Source: Callorhinchus milii
Taxonomy: Eukaryota
Assembly (NCBI RefSeq): GCF_018977255.1
Contig: NW_024704742.1
Span: 10,914,001 to 10,978,000, forward strand
Direction: 5' to 3'
Length of the DNA stretch: 64,000 nt
The position numbers and the translations under genes were made by a program. How positions within the stretch are numbered: position 1 is the stretch's first letter; every line of letters begins with the position of its first letter. This document shows, piece after piece, positions 1-12,629 of the stretch. The notes beneath the pieces were generated by a model, which saw only the letters and a program-made list of their open reading frames with translations, was not told the DNA's origin and searched no databases.

Positions 1-190
1 TTCATGTTGATTGCTTCTCCTTTGGTTGAGACTCCTTGACCCTATAAAGACATCTGGCATTCAGCTCCATAAAAACATCTTTTTAGTCAATCGTCTCCTC
101 CTTCACCAATATTCATTAGTTGTCGACATCCCCTTGCCTTTACCAAGATTCCAGCAGCTTGTTTTAAACAAGTCTGAGTATCACAGACTA

Positions 191-396
191 AAATCCCTGA
201 AAATTTCAGTAAAATTGTGAAACCATTCACTGAAATCACTGAAATTAGGAGTCAGAGATTTTGTAAAAAAGTGATCATTTCATCATATTGATAACCTTGC
301 CTTGACACTTGTTAGCAGTATCAACAAATAAATAACAGGTAAAGCCTTGTCCACCACAAATAGACTGTGCAATGACAGCTTCATGGAGTGATCTTG
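191..396 (-). repeat. Inverted partial copy of the Ginger-like element 3' end
   Basis: 191-335 is the reverse complement of ~1025-1164. 336-396 is the reverse complement of ~797-850 (EAV.AQS.C.GQGFT). Confidence 0.85.
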
Positions 397-429
397 CAGT
401 CTCCATGTGCTCTACGACAGAAATGTCCA

Positions 430-1199
430 CTGATCCTCCTGTACAGACTCCTCTATCATAGGCCCTGGAAGATTGCATGACACTGATCAGCAAGCAAAGA
501 CCTGCTGCACATATAGCACAAGTATCCCAGGCAGAGAAGATGGTAAAGCAGAGTCGGCTGGATCTTCAAGCTGCTACACCTGGAGATAACGTGGCTGTCC
601 CCATCCCAGCAGTGAACAGGGGTAGAGGGGATTCCAGGAATATCCTTGGTAATATCATTAAAAGAGATTTAGACACTGACCAGTACAGAGAGCAGTGAAG
701 GCCAGCATCCTGAGGGTTCACTATTCCAGGAACCAATTTGACGTCTGCCCACAATGATTGTTAACAGAGACCTGAGTCAACCAGGAGAACTCAGTGTTAC
801 TCTGTGAAGCTGTCCTTGCACAATCTGTTTGTGATGGACAAGGCTTTACGAAGTGTAACTGTGGACAGAAGAAATGTCAGACCAATTCTTGTAAATGCTT
901 CAAATCAAAGCTAAATTGTAACTCCCGGTGTCATGGAAGCAGTTGTGTTAACAAATGAACATTTAAGTCATCAGTGAATGAAATGTCATATCAAGTTCGT
1001 GGTGAATAAAATATTAATTTTATTTTATTTATTTGTTGATAATGCTAACAAGTGTCAAGGCAAGGTTAGCAATGTGATGAAATGATCACTTTTTCACAAA
1101 TTCCTTGACTCCTAATTTCAGTGCTTTCATAGCTTCACAATTTTACTGAAAATTTCAGGGATTTCCCCAAATCTCTCGTTTCACAACTTTGCTGTAACA
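430..1199 (+). mobile_element. Ginger-type (KRBA2/SCAND3-like integrase) DNA transposon, 3' remnant, pseudogenised
   Basis: ORF 477-698 (QAEKMVKQSR...GDNVAVPIPAVNRGRGDSRNILG) continues after a frameshift and stops as YSRNQFDVCPQ...GQGFTKCNCGQKKCQTNSCKCFKSKLNCNSRCHGSSCVNK* (TGA 956-958), the Cys-rich C-terminus typical of this family. The element ends ...GCTGTAACA at 1199, consistent with TGT..ACA termini. Confidence 0.75.
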
Positions 1200-1467
1200 T
1201 ATACAAAGATCTATTTACCCACATTAACAGTGGACATTGAAATTCAGCAAATTAATTCTAATGAAATTTCTTAATAAGCACCTGAATGACAAATGGGGAT
1301 TCTTTGTGATAAGTAGGTTGATTTGACTGACAGAACCTCCATTCCAACTTGATGTTCAGAACATCCGGTTCGGTGTGACTTACACTGGCTGATGAGAGTT
1401 ATTCCCCACTTGTGACTTGGAGTCCTTGTTAAGAAATCCCATTTGAATTGTTGCATTTCCATCATTA

Positions 1468-1648
1468 TGGTGGAAGTCAATTCGATAACAACTTTTAAGA
1501 GAGAAGTAAATAATTATTTGGGGCGGGCAAGTTTGCAGGTCTATAGGGTGAGATAGGGAATGGGATTGATTTGGGGTAGCTCTTTTCAAAGAGCCAGCAC
1601 AGACACGATGGGCCGAATGGCCTCCTTCTGTGCTATGATTCTATGATT
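1468..1648 (+). mobile_element. CR1 LINE 3' end fragment
   Basis: Ends ...gatgggccgaatggcctccttctgtgctatgattctatgatt, a CR1 3' UTR with an (ATTCTATG)-type tail. Confidence 0.85.
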
Positions 1649-2029
1649 AATAACAGTGTCTGGAGGAATGACTGTGGATGAATGGAATCTATTTCACATC
1701 CCTTTTTTGAAGCCTCAGAGGTCCATCACCCACTTCTTTGAATTCAATTGGTTTTGCCATTACTTTGATTTACAGAAACTAGACTTTATTGTTTCAGTGA
1801 CTGGGTTATCAAACAAACCTACAAATGCACTGAGAAACGGGTTGACAGTGAATAAATCACCTGACCGAGCCAACATTCTCACACAAATGACCCAATATCA
1901 GAGGCCACTCTTATATAAAGTCCACTTTGACCAAGTCCCCTGAGAGATTGCTGAAGACAGGTTTGACTGTATATACAATGTTAAATTAAATAGGATTGAA
2001 AAAGTAAACTCAGAATAATACTATAGAAT

Positions 2030-2282
2030 GCACCAATACAGTAGAACAGAAGGATATAGGTTTAGAGTTGTAAAGAGCAATTTCAAGACAGATACCAGGA
2101 AGTATTTCATTACTAGGAGGGTAATTAATGATTGGAACAGGTTTCTAGGAAGGATAGCCGAGACCAATATGCTGAACTGGTTTAAAAAAACAGCTTGGTG
2201 CTGTGATGGGTGCTGTAGATTGTGTATTTCAGATGAGATCAAATGGGCTGAAGGGCCTTCTTCAAATTGAATCAAATTCTAA
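2030..2282 (+). mobile_element. CR1 LINE ORF2 C-terminus and 3' end fragment
   Basis: ORF 2028-2270 reads RTEGYRFRV...TRKYFITRRVINDWNR, matching the CR1 motif RTRGH..KL...R..FF..RV...WN. Confidence 0.8.
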
Positions 2283-3309
2283 TTTCCCAAGTGATTTTAC
2301 AAGTTCAATCGAATGCTTTGATACCTGTTCTTTATTTGTTCACTTTGGTGGATTAAAAACATCTTTGATTGACAGTGGTAACTAGAAAGAGACAATGTGG
2401 AGCACTGCTTGTCCTTGTGATCTTCAGTACATGTAACTGGCATGTTCCATTAAATCAAGGATGGCATTCAACAGATAAGACAGTGTCATCTGACTATAGA
2501 CATGGGTGATGCAATGCTAATTCTAGTCATTTAGTCACAACCTGTGAATGATCAGTAAATCAATCAACTGGTCAACTCATTATGTTTAATTGAACTAAAT
2601 TTTCAATTAGATGATGCTTTTTGCATAATACAAGGACTTAAGTGCAAGACAAATTTTACGTGGAGCAAATATAAATTCTGCAGTATGCTTTGTGTCTGGG
2701 ACTTGCTGCCTTTTCTTGTTCCATTGGTCCCTAGAATCCACTGTGAATAGGTGAAGTAGAAAATAATTACATGAAACAAACATAATCCAACAATAAACTG
2801 CTCAATGAAGTGCCAACACTGGAACCAAACCATTTGTTCATCCTTTAATTAATCTCATGGATGATCAAAAGCTTTAAGTATGGAATCTCGGAACCTGAGG
2901 GTGGCACAAGATCATATTTAAACACATGTTATTATTAAAGGTTCAATGTCCTGCAAAGGAAATAGAAAATTGTCAACTTGTTTTCAAGAGTGCAAAGAAA
3001 TATTCAAGGGATTGAAAAATGCAATATTTCCTAACAAAATCACGAGAATCATTAATTCAAAATTATGGGATTTCCAAACATTCAGTTCCTTATCTATGGA
3101 TGTTAAAATGCGTTTTGCAATCTCTGAACTCAGTTTGAGTTAGGTAGTTATTCTGAAAAGTGCACTGAAAAGCCACTCTCTGCGAACACTATAATAACAT
3201 TGCTGGGAACAAAGAAACCGCCATTTAATGTTGGGGGAAAGGAAACAGTTAACAATTGGACTGGAATTAAGATTGTTCTTTACATTTATGTTATGATAAT
3301 TATCACAGT

Positions 3310-3740
3310 CAGGAATAGGCAACCTTGGCAATTACTCTGCTCTGTTCACCTACAAAACACACAGTGGGAGTTAAAGATCCCATGATACGGTTCAAAAAGA
3401 GAAGGGAATTTCTCTGAGTGCCCTGGCCAACAATCCCCCAGTTAAAATGTCATGGCTGTTAGCAGGAACAGCATTCCAAAAACAGGTCCTGCTGCTTAGG
3501 TGGATGTTGAAGATCCCATAGCACAATCCGAAAAGTGAATGGAGTTTCTCTCAGTCTCCCGGCCAACACTCCCCAAATAAAATTAATCATCCACTTCATT
3601 AAATTAATCATTCACTGTTTGTGGAACATTCCTGTGCACAAATTGGCCACCAACAAAATATATGTCACTGGAATTGACAGAAAACCTTGAGAAGCACTTT
3701 GAGACACGTGTAAAAGTGCTGCATCAAATGCAAGATTTTT
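3310..3740 (+). mobile_element. Degraded Deu-domain SINE, Deu core present twice
   Basis: Two versions of ...aagatccca...ga(a/g)tttctct.agt..cc(t/c)ggccaaca (~3365-3440 and ~3485-3575), followed by the shared tail ...caaatgcaagatt. Confidence 0.65.
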
Positions 3741-3769
3741 TTATTCTTATTTATTGCATTGCTGGTTAC

Positions 3770-4195
3770 AACAACAACAAGATTCCATTTATTGAGCGCC
3801 TTTCACGTCGGGAGGACGTCCCAAGGCGCTGTACAGTTGGGTCAGGACACGAGCAGGGGGGAAATGGTCAGGGTGAGGGGAGGGAAGGGAGGGAGTGAGG
3901 AGGGGGTAGAGAGTCGAGAGGAGAGCTGAAGGCACGGTCAAAGAGAAAGGTCTTGAGACCGGCCTTGAAGGAGGAAAGGGAGGAGGCGGCGAAGGCACTG
4001 GGGGATAGAGTTCCAGAGCCTCGGGGCTGAGAGGTTGAAGGCCGGGCCACCGATAGTAGGGCGGTTGGGGCGGGGGATGTGGAGCAGACCGGAGCCAGAG
4101 GAACGGAGGGTACGGACGGGTAGGTAGGAGGATAGTAGGTCGGAGAGGTAGGAGGGAGCAAGGCCGTGAATGGCCTTGTAGGTGAGGGTAGGTGA
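3770..4195 (-). mobile_element. L2 LINE, 5'-truncated, relatively young family
   Basis: Minus-strand LTYKAIHGLAPSYLSDLL...RTLRSSGSGLL...AFNLSAPRLWNSIP, a 3' stem-loop and a (TTG)n tail. Probable TSD GGTTAC at 3764-3769 and 4196-4201. Confidence 0.95.
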
Positions 4196-4596
4196 GGTTA
4201 CTCTTGTCAAAGGAACTAAGAAACATTCTTCACTGCTTGAAATTCCTGGCTACATTCCTGTGTTTAATTCAAGGTGAAAGTTAGTTGTTAGTTGGATTTA
4301 TCTAATTCAGAACTAAATTCCTATAAAATTTAAGGTTTGGCAAGTTCAAAATTCAATTGAATGTTTTGGTCTAAATGGTTAATTATTAGAGCTGTATGTT
4401 TGCATTCATTTTCTGGAACAGAAGTGCTATCAGTCCACTAACTCTGAACGACAAGGTCTGCCTTGGAGGCTCACATTTCAGAATTCCAGGGATTTGAAAA
4501 AGGCAAATCCCTCAAAAGGGGAACTAATGTTGCCAAAAATGTCTTTAATGTGTTTCTGCCTCAGAGACGTGTTTATTTACATTTACAGAGCCCCTA

Positions 4597-4969
4597 ATAA
4601 AATAATAATCTTTGCATTTGATATAGCGCCTTATTAAGTCATTGAGACATCTCAAAGTACTTCACAGGAAACACTGTAAAGTGGATTGTCTGTGTATTTG
4701 TGGGTGAAATGTGACAGCCAGTTGCGCACAACAATGTCCCACAAACCGTCATAGAGTGAATGACCACATAAAATTGATAACATTTTTTTGGGAGGGATTA
4801 TTATCCTTGGGATGGGTTCTGCCAATCAACTAACAGCTGGTTTCCTACTGGGACATAAAGAGAGGAATGTGGGCTTAGGAAACTTGCCTAAGATTTAACC
4901 CTGCCCTGGAATCAAAACTAAATCCTTTTGTTTGGAAGGTAAGCGCGCTAACCACTAAGCTACAGAACT
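4597..4969 (-). mobile_element. tRNA-derived SINE (L2-tailed family), diverged copy
   Basis: Reverse complement of the family: head ..gtagcttagtggttagcgcg.., body, tail caaatgcaaagattattatt. Confidence 0.85.
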
Positions 4970-4979
4970 TAACTTGTTG

Positions 4980-5335
4980 ATGACCATTGAGCCACATAGT
5001 CCCCAAAACTTGAGCTAATAGTCCAGACTGCTGGAGGCTGAACATTCCACCTTTCAGTTGAGACATTAAACTGAGGTCCCGTCTGCCTTTTCCAATGGGT
5101 GTTAAAGATCTAATGACATAATTTAAAAAGAGAAGGGAGTTTCTCCCGGTGTGCTGGCCAACAATTACCCCAAATAAAATTGGTCACTCACTTCATGGCT
5201 CATTATGGGACATTGCAGGTACAAATGGCTATCATGGTTGCCTACAAAACAATTATTGCTTTGGATAGTTATCATCTGTGAAGTGCTTTGAGATATTTCA
5301 GCTTTATTAGCGTAATAAAAATGCAATTTCTTCTT
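4980..5335 (+). mobile_element. Deu-domain SINE (SacSINE1/AmnSINE-like)
   Basis: Deu core: ccacctttcagttgagacattaaactgaggtcccgtctgcc...taaagatc...gggagtttctcccggtgtgctggccaac. Confidence 0.8.
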
Positions 5336-6084
5336 CATGTCGAAAGCTGGTGTCTGATTATTTAGGTTAAAGTTTCTTATTGTTTAAACATTTGCTTAAG
5401 AGTTCGCTGATAACCTTCTCATCTCTTACACCTTAGGCAAACAGAATACCTTAACCAGGCGCTCCCAAGTGAATTTCTTCAGAAGAATTGCATACAACAG
5501 TGAGTGCCTCTGCACTAACAGGTAGGTGACGAAAACGTCCAATTTAAACCTGTTTCTTAAATGTTGTTATTTAATACTGAAAAGCAGTGTGAGATCAAGG
5601 TGAGGCTGAGTCAGTGACCCATTTCTCCCATTAACTTTGGTTGGAGTCAGGGGAAAGGTCATTGCGCTGTGATCATGGATGCAATTTCTTGCTTGTTCTG
5701 ACTGGAGATCAGAAGAAACTGCTTTGTCTGGGGCCTGAATAATAAGCTGTCTGCGTGATAAGTGAAAGGATAAAATGCTGAAATCTATTCGGAGTGTGGA
5801 TATGGCGAGACTTGCTAATGGCTTTAGGTTCCCATGTCCAGCGGGTATTGTGATTATGCATCATTGTTGTTTGAAGGAGGTTGTTGTGGGTGTGAAATTC
5901 TCATCCATTTCAGTGGTCTGCCTATCACAGAGCCAGGTAACGGTAGGGAATGCTTGAACTGGATGTGAATACTGGGAAAGTACTTGGGTTTTCATTTTTG
6001 GACACACAGTCCCTTAAAGTAGAGATCAGGAGGGGAATAGGAGTTGACAATTCAAGCTGTTACCTATTGTAACGACACTAAAGA

Positions 6085-6305
6085 AACAACAACAATTTAC
6101 ATTCATATAACGTCTTTCATGCCATGAGGACGTCCCACAATGCTGGATAGTCAAGAGTTTGCACCCGAGCTAGGGGTCAGGATGAAGAGGAGTGGCAAAG
6201 ACGTGGGGATGGGAGGATGACTGAAGGGACGATAAAAGAGGAAGTTCTTAAGACAGGTCTTGAAGGAGTCAAGGGAGTGGGGGTGAGGCGAAAGGATTCT
6301 GGGTA
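6085..6305 (-). mobile_element. L2 LINE 3' fragment
   Basis: (CAA)n tail and reverse-complemented L2 3' UTR; encodes SFKTCLKNFLF. Confidence 0.8.
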
Positions 6306-6315
6306 GATGCAGAAA

Positions 6316-6572
6316 GGCAGGGCGAAACCTTGGGCAAATTTCCTTACTCCACATGCCTAATAATAATCCCTCCAAAAACAAAACAATAATAAATTGGTCA
6401 TTTTCAATCCACGACTGTTTGTGGGACATTGCTGTGTGCAATTGACTGCCGCGTTCGCCCACAAATATACAGTCAATTCACTTTACAGTATATTCTGTGA
6501 AGCGCTTTGGGACGTCTAGAAGACCTGAAAAGCGCTATATCAAATGCAAGGATTATTATTATTATTATTATT
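6316..6572 (+). mobile_element. tRNA-derived SINE, internally deleted subfamily, 5'-truncated
   Basis: Deletion junction ttccttactccacatgcc|taataataatccc; tail gaaaagcgctatatcaaatgcaagg(att)n. Confidence 0.9.
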
Positions 6573-6799
6573 AAAGGCTGAAATTGGTATAAAAAAATAT
6601 GGAACTGATCTAAATGGACTTATGGGTAAAGCCCAATGTTTTCAAATAGTAGTAAATGAACCATTCTGCTCTCTTCATTAAGTGTGAATTCTTCACAATT
6701 TACATTACAGGAATAGGATTTCCCATCAGAGCAGCACATGAAGGTTTGCCACACTTATGCTGAATTAATACTGCCCAATTCACTGCAGAAAACATGCTC

Positions 6800-6885
6800 C
6801 CACTTGGTGACATCATTTGCAGACATAGGGTCAACTTCCACATCAATGCGGATGACATCCAACTCTATCTCTCTGCCCCCACCCT
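6800..6885 (+). mobile_element. L2 reverse transcriptase core fragment
   Basis: Encodes LGDII..HRVNFHINADDIQLYLS, the YADD region. Confidence 0.75.
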
Positions 6886-8559
6886 GTGAATAGAGGTTGA
6901 GAAAGTTGCTGCTGACACCACTTGGGGTCGAACGTTTCAGGACCAGTGCAATTCACTGCACCATTATGGATAGGACAATTTCAGATGTTTCTGGTCAGTT
7001 GAACTGATCATAGTAACTTTCATATCAACACAGCCCCTAGTCAGCCTAGTCAAGATCGATCGTACAACTGCTTAAAATTGCGCTTAATAGATGTGTTCCT
7101 ATTCACTGTGGGAACTGTCCTTTCTTTTAAACATAATTAATGCTTACAAGTCACATTTGCTGATTCTAAAATCCTACTCACTTTTAAAATGGGAAGTGCC
7201 CGTCTGGAAAAGATCTCTGTCATAGTTTTACCTCTTTGCAGGGAGAGGTAGAACTGCCTGTGGGCACATGACTTTAAGTATACATGGAAAAACGACACAC
7301 TTGGGTGTCATTTATTTCACGGCATCAGGGAGTTTATAAACCAACAAAAAAAAGATAAATGAGAGAGAAGAGTGTGAGAGCAGCATTAGGAAGGATTTCT
7401 TTTGTTTGTTTGCTCATGCAAACAACAGCACATATTAGTTGGACCGAATGTACTGTTTGCATACTGTATGGTCTATGATTTCGATGTTCACTTCAATGTA
7501 GCCTCTTTACTCCAGCAAACACTTTTACATGTCACTTAACAGATTTTAGTTAACCAGGCAAAGGATTCTGCCTCACCACCCCTGCACCCTCATTGACATA
7601 ATTCTGCACAAAAGTATTTTGAGTTAAGTTATCCACTGCAGTATAAGTTTCCCCCAGGGATGAACATGCCATGGCAACATGGTCTTTACAAGCAAGCTAT
7701 TCCTGGAACTCTACCTGCTCCATCTATTCCTTAATGATGTGACACTGCCACTGTTTTAAGAGTAGATGAGCTAGGATGTGGAGCAATTCAATTTGTAAGG
7801 CAGAAGGGGGCAGAAAACAGCTCACCTGAAAACTAAAATGCTGTTTTTTGTATCTCTATGCTGAAAGGGGCACTTTGGCTATATTCTCAATCAAACAAAT
7901 GGACTTGACCATTTGTTCAGATTTTTAATGTACACGAGTAATGTTATGCTACTTTCAACAAAGCTTTCGCCCACAGAAATGCAGTTTTTGCAGAATGTCC
8001 TGTGAAGTCCTTTGAGGCATCCCTGTGACATGAAAGGCACTATACCAAATGCAAGGATTATTCATATTATTTTCAGTTTATAAATAAACAAAAATTGTAG
8101 CTCCTTCCAGACTTGTAATATTTTCTGATGTTTACTGATTTTTTCTTTTGTCCAAGGCATTGAACACGAGCAGATTGCTTGTGCGAAGGTGGAGGGAGAA
8201 ATATTTTTTAATATCTGCACCTTGAGGTGTTCAGAAGAACCTGGGTAAATAACAGCTGGAGTTGCTTGTGAAAGTAGGCTGCAATCTGTTCATGCAGAAA
8301 TCTCATGTTGTAACTGGAACATTTGCTAAAAGATGTTACAGTCAAAAAGTGTCCCCTGAGGTGAGAGTTTAATTCGTTTAGCGGCAGAAAGTGCCGTGCT
8401 CTTTATCGGCATTTGAAACCGCTGGGTTGTGGAGTTGAGGCTCACACTGAATCATGCTGTTCTTTAACCTTTGGCATCTAACTGAAAAATCATTATGCAT
8501 TTGCATAAGAATAGCTGGTAGAAATCAGCATCTGTGTAATACGTCTCTCAGTTACTCCA

Positions 8560-8890
8560 GCCGGCTTCAGTTGGTAGCACTCGCGCCTTTGAGTCAGAAG
8601 GTTCTGGGTTCAAACCCCACATTGGGACTTAGAACTCATATCATTTAAACTGAAACTCCAAAGGGGTGTGCGGCATTGTTGGGGGTGATGCTTTTTCAGG
8701 TGGATGCTAAAGATCCCGTGGCACTGTTCAAAAAGTGAGGTGAGTTTCTCCCGGTGTCCTGGACAAAAATATCTCCAATAAAATTGGTCATTTGTTTCAT
8801 GAATATTGTGAGATATTTTTGAACACAGTTGAGTTATCTGTAGGTGAACGTGCCAGCGTTACAGTATATCCGCCTTGAGACATTCTCCCG
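8560..8890 (+). mobile_element. Deu-domain SINE with tRNA-like head
   Basis: Head cagttggtagcactcgcgcctttgagtcagaaggttctgggttcaaaccc (pol III A and B boxes), followed by the Deu core. Confidence 0.85.
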
Positions 8891-9368
8891 ACTTGAAAGA
8901 CACTAAAAACTTATACGTGCAAGTTGTTAGTGGTGAGGTTGATGGCCATGGTGTGGGTGGGGTGGAGTGGTTTGTTGGTAGTGAAAATTGATCGCAGGCT
9001 AAACCTCCTTGAAGTCAGTTTGTGACCAAAGCTGAGGTTTCCAGCTTCTGGCAGGAGATCAGAGTTTGGGTGGAGTTCCAGCAGGTCAGCATTAGACACA
9101 ACTGCAAGATTAGCTGTTTAGAAATCAATTTGTGTAGCTTGCAATTTGCTTATTTTATGGCTGTTTGAGGGTAATAGCTGTACAAACATTGGCTGCCTAA
9201 AAATGCAGTGACTACACTTTCAGTAAATCTCTGTGAAGCAATTTGAGACATTTGGATAATCAGTGCGATATCAAATGGAAGGATTATAAATTAGATCTAA
9301 CTGTTTTTACCATTGAGGTAACGCCTCCAAACTTCTCTCAATAGTTCTTTACCTGCTGATCCATCTGA

Positions 9369-9712
9369 GGAAGTCTTGTAGCTCAGTGGTGAGAGCACTC
9401 ACCGCGCAAGCGAGATCACCTGGGTTTGATTCCTGGCAGGACGAAACGTTGGGCAAGTGTCATTACTCCACACACCAGTTTACCTAGCAGTAGGTAGGAA
9501 CTGTTTGGAGGATTGTTTTTCCGGGGGCAATAATTCCTTCAACAAAAAATAATGATAATAATAATAATTTGGTCACTCAATCCACGACTGTTTGTGGGAT
9601 ACTGCTGTGCACAATTGGCTGCCGCGTTTCTCCCACAAAATATACAGTCAATTCACTTTACATTGTATGCTATGAAGAGCTTTGAGACGTCTCGAAGATG
9701 TGATAAGGCGCA
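9369..9712 (+). mobile_element. tRNA-derived SINE, near full length
   Basis: Head gtagctcagtggtgagagcactc...gggtttgattcc; body and tail match the family. Confidence 0.9.
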
Positions 9713-10104
9713 TTGGCTTTAGTGTCTTTCACATTGGGCGGACACTTTACAGAATTTACTTAAAAGCGTACGTTTTGTTGGGGGATGTAACAGCAATTTT
9801 AAATGCTGTAATATCCCACAAACAGCCATGATATGATGAGAAACTCCATTATAAAGAATTGATTGGATTATCTGTAGGTACTGAGCTGTGCCTAACCTTA
9901 ATCAAGACATCAGAAAAGACTGTGTTTGTCGATGTGTGTGTGTGTGGTGGGGGGTGGGGGTGCTGTATAATGGAGCCAAATCGAATGTGTAAAATGGTGT
10001 GTGAAGAGGATTTGCAGAACTTGGTTCTTGTAATCCTGTGCCTAATGCTTTTGGGGATTAGAAGGTAAACAGAGTGCATTCTTACAGGACAAGAGTACGT
10101 ATTC

Positions 10105-10235
10105 CATTAGAATCATAGAATCATAGAAATATATAGCACAGAAGGAGGCCATTCGGCCCATTGAGTCTATGTCCATGAAAGAGCTATCCAAATTAATCCT
10201 ACTCCCAATTTCTCTCCCAATAGACCCGTAAACAT
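10105..10235 (-). mobile_element. CR1 3' end fragment
   Basis: (CATAGAAT)n tail followed by gcacagaaggaggccattcggccca. Confidence 0.85.
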
Positions 10236-10277
10236 GTCCTCCCCAAACATACAAAGGGAAATTTTCATGACTAGATA

Positions 10278-10712
10278 CAACAACAACAACAAGATTTCAT
10301 TTATAGAGCGCCTTTCACGTCGGGAGGACGTCCCAAGGCACTGGACAATTGGGACGGGACCCGAGCAGGGGGGAAATGGTCAGGGTGAGGAGAGGGACGG
10401 GAGGGAGCGAGGAGGGGGTAGAGAGTCGAGAGGGGAGCTGAAGGTACCGTTGAAGAGAAAGGTCTTGAGACCAGCCTTGAAGGAGGAAAGGGAGGAGGCG
10501 GCGAAGGCACTGGAGGATAGAGTTCCAGAGCCTTGGGGCTGAGAGGCTGAAGGCCCGGCCACCGATGGTAGGTCGGTTGAGGTGGGGGATGTGGAGCAGA
10601 CCGGAGCCAGAGGAACGGAGGGTACGGGCAGGTAAGTAGGGGGATAGTAGGTCGGAGAGGTAGGAGGGAGCAAGGCCGTGAATGGCCTTGTAGGTGAGGA
10701 TGAGGATCTTGA
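10278..10712 (-). mobile_element. L2 LINE, 5'-truncated, same family as 3770-4195
   Basis: Closely similar to 3770-4195 and 15136-16005; (CAA)n tail; possible TSD TAGATA. Confidence 0.95.
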
Positions 10713-12131
10713 ATTAATTAGATAGTATACATATGTGGAACTCTGTTTGAAATGGATACTCTTAAGCATGGTGATGGGTTTCCGCATGTGCCTTGGATTA
10801 TTATGATGGGTTTCCGCACACCCAGACGACCAAAACCGAAAAGATCATAACTGAAACCCTTCATCTCTAGAATCATCTTATTGCCATGCATCTTGCCCAC
10901 ATCACCAAAAATGCAGATGTGGTCACACATGGCACACAACTTTATCAATTGAATAACCTGTAGACTCTCATTATCTTAGCCCACACTTGGAAAATAGTTT
11001 TATTGCTATTTTTTTTCTCTCCTCTTTCAGTAAAAGAGAGAGAAAAACATAGTAATGAAAAGATTTGTACTAGGACTTACGTGAAGGTTTTCTGGTAGAA
11101 CTAAAATCCTGAGATCTCTCAGACAATAGGAGTAGGTTCTAATTATAATAATAAATAGTAATAATCCTTGTATTTGATATAGCCCCTTATCATGTCTTTG
11201 AGATGGCTCAAAGCATTTCACAGAATATACCAGAACATATACCAGAATATACCAGTGTCCCAGAAAAAATTGAAATATTGCAAATAAAATCTTTGCTCTG
11301 TGTCAGCCAGTGATTGGCATTGGAGCTTGGACAATGTCCTTCACTCACCATGTCGGGGTGTGGTGGGGGGCATGTCGGTGGGGTAGAATTCCATGATATC
11401 TCCCAGGTTTCATTAGACTAGAACTATTGGAGCATAAACTATAACAATACAAGGCAATTGAGAAAGACCGATACATCCCCAGGTATCTCCCTTGTCAACA
11501 TTTGACCATTCTTCGCACAGCACCAAGCCCTTTAACTAAGCAACAGAGTGTTTTGATCATGTATTTCATAAACTGTGTCTGTCTCTTGGCCTTTGTCTTC
11601 TGCCTTCTGGAAATAAAACAAAGCAACATGGAACATTGGTCTTCGCTCCGATTATAGACTCATGGTGTACTGTATTTTGAGGGCGAACTCAGCAGCCAAA
11701 TGTATGGATATCAAACGATATTCCCATGGTTTTCTGTTCATATTTGATCTTTAAGCCTTACTTTGTTAAAATTGTGAAAATAAGCAACCCACTGAGCACA
11801 AAAAGCTCTGCACAGTTTACAAACGATGTGCTTGTGGTCGTGCTTTATTTTGTCTGACTCGAAATTTCGAATTCGATCATGTTTTTTGTTTGCATGAGAG
11901 ATATTCACATCTTTATCTTTATCTTTATCCATCACAGTGCAGAAAGTTCAGTGTCACCAACTGCCAACATGCAGTTGTTAAAGGGAGCTGCCTCAATAGT
12001 GGCCTGTCTGTTTTCTTGTTGGCTAGTTACCAGTTGGCTGTGACCTGTGATTTCATTACTGGTGTCCAACAGTCAAGCCAAGGCAGCCTGAGGCACTGAA
12101 CTCTGAGCCGCTCATGTCATATATATACATA

Positions 12132-12494
12132 GGAGTCCTGTAGCTCAGTGGTTAGAGCACTCGCCTCAAAAGCGAGAGACTTAGGTTTGATTCCCGGGCA
12201 GGGCAAACCGTTGGACAAGTTTCCTTATTCCACATGCCTCTGCTTACCTAGCGGTAAGTTGGAACCCGGTTGTTAATCAATTGGCGGATCGCTTTTCCAG
12301 GGTAATAATCCCTTAAAGTCTCTTAAATAAATCCTACGATTGTTTGTGGGACACTGCTGTGCCCAATTGGCAACCGCGTTTTGCCCGCAAAATATACAGT
12401 CAATTCTCTTTACAGTATACTCTGTGAAGCGCTTTGATACATCTCGAAGACATGATAATACGCTATATCAAATGCAAGCATTATTGTTATTATA
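12132..12494 (+). mobile_element. tRNA-derived SINE, full length
   Basis: ggagtcctgtagctcagtggttagagcactcgcctc...gtttgattccc head, full body, tail caaatgcaagcattatt. Confidence 0.92.
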
Positions 12495-12629
12495 TTCAGT
12501 GAAGCGCTTAATGACGTGATAAAGCACTGTATTACTTAATGGGCCAGAATGTTCAACATACCCAGAGGCAAGCCGAACTGTTGAACTTGAGGTGGTTTCA
12601 GCCTCCTCCCCCTATAGGGAAGGTAATAA

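Noticed and set aside
10740..10990. Possible DNA transposon fragment with tgatgggtttccgca twice
   Set aside because: No paired termini or TSD found, so it cannot be classified.
12132..12205. tRNA-like sequences at the SINE heads (many copies)
   Set aside because: They have A/B boxes and an anticodon-like arm but run directly into SINE bodies and carry scattered mutations. They are SINE heads, not tRNA genes.
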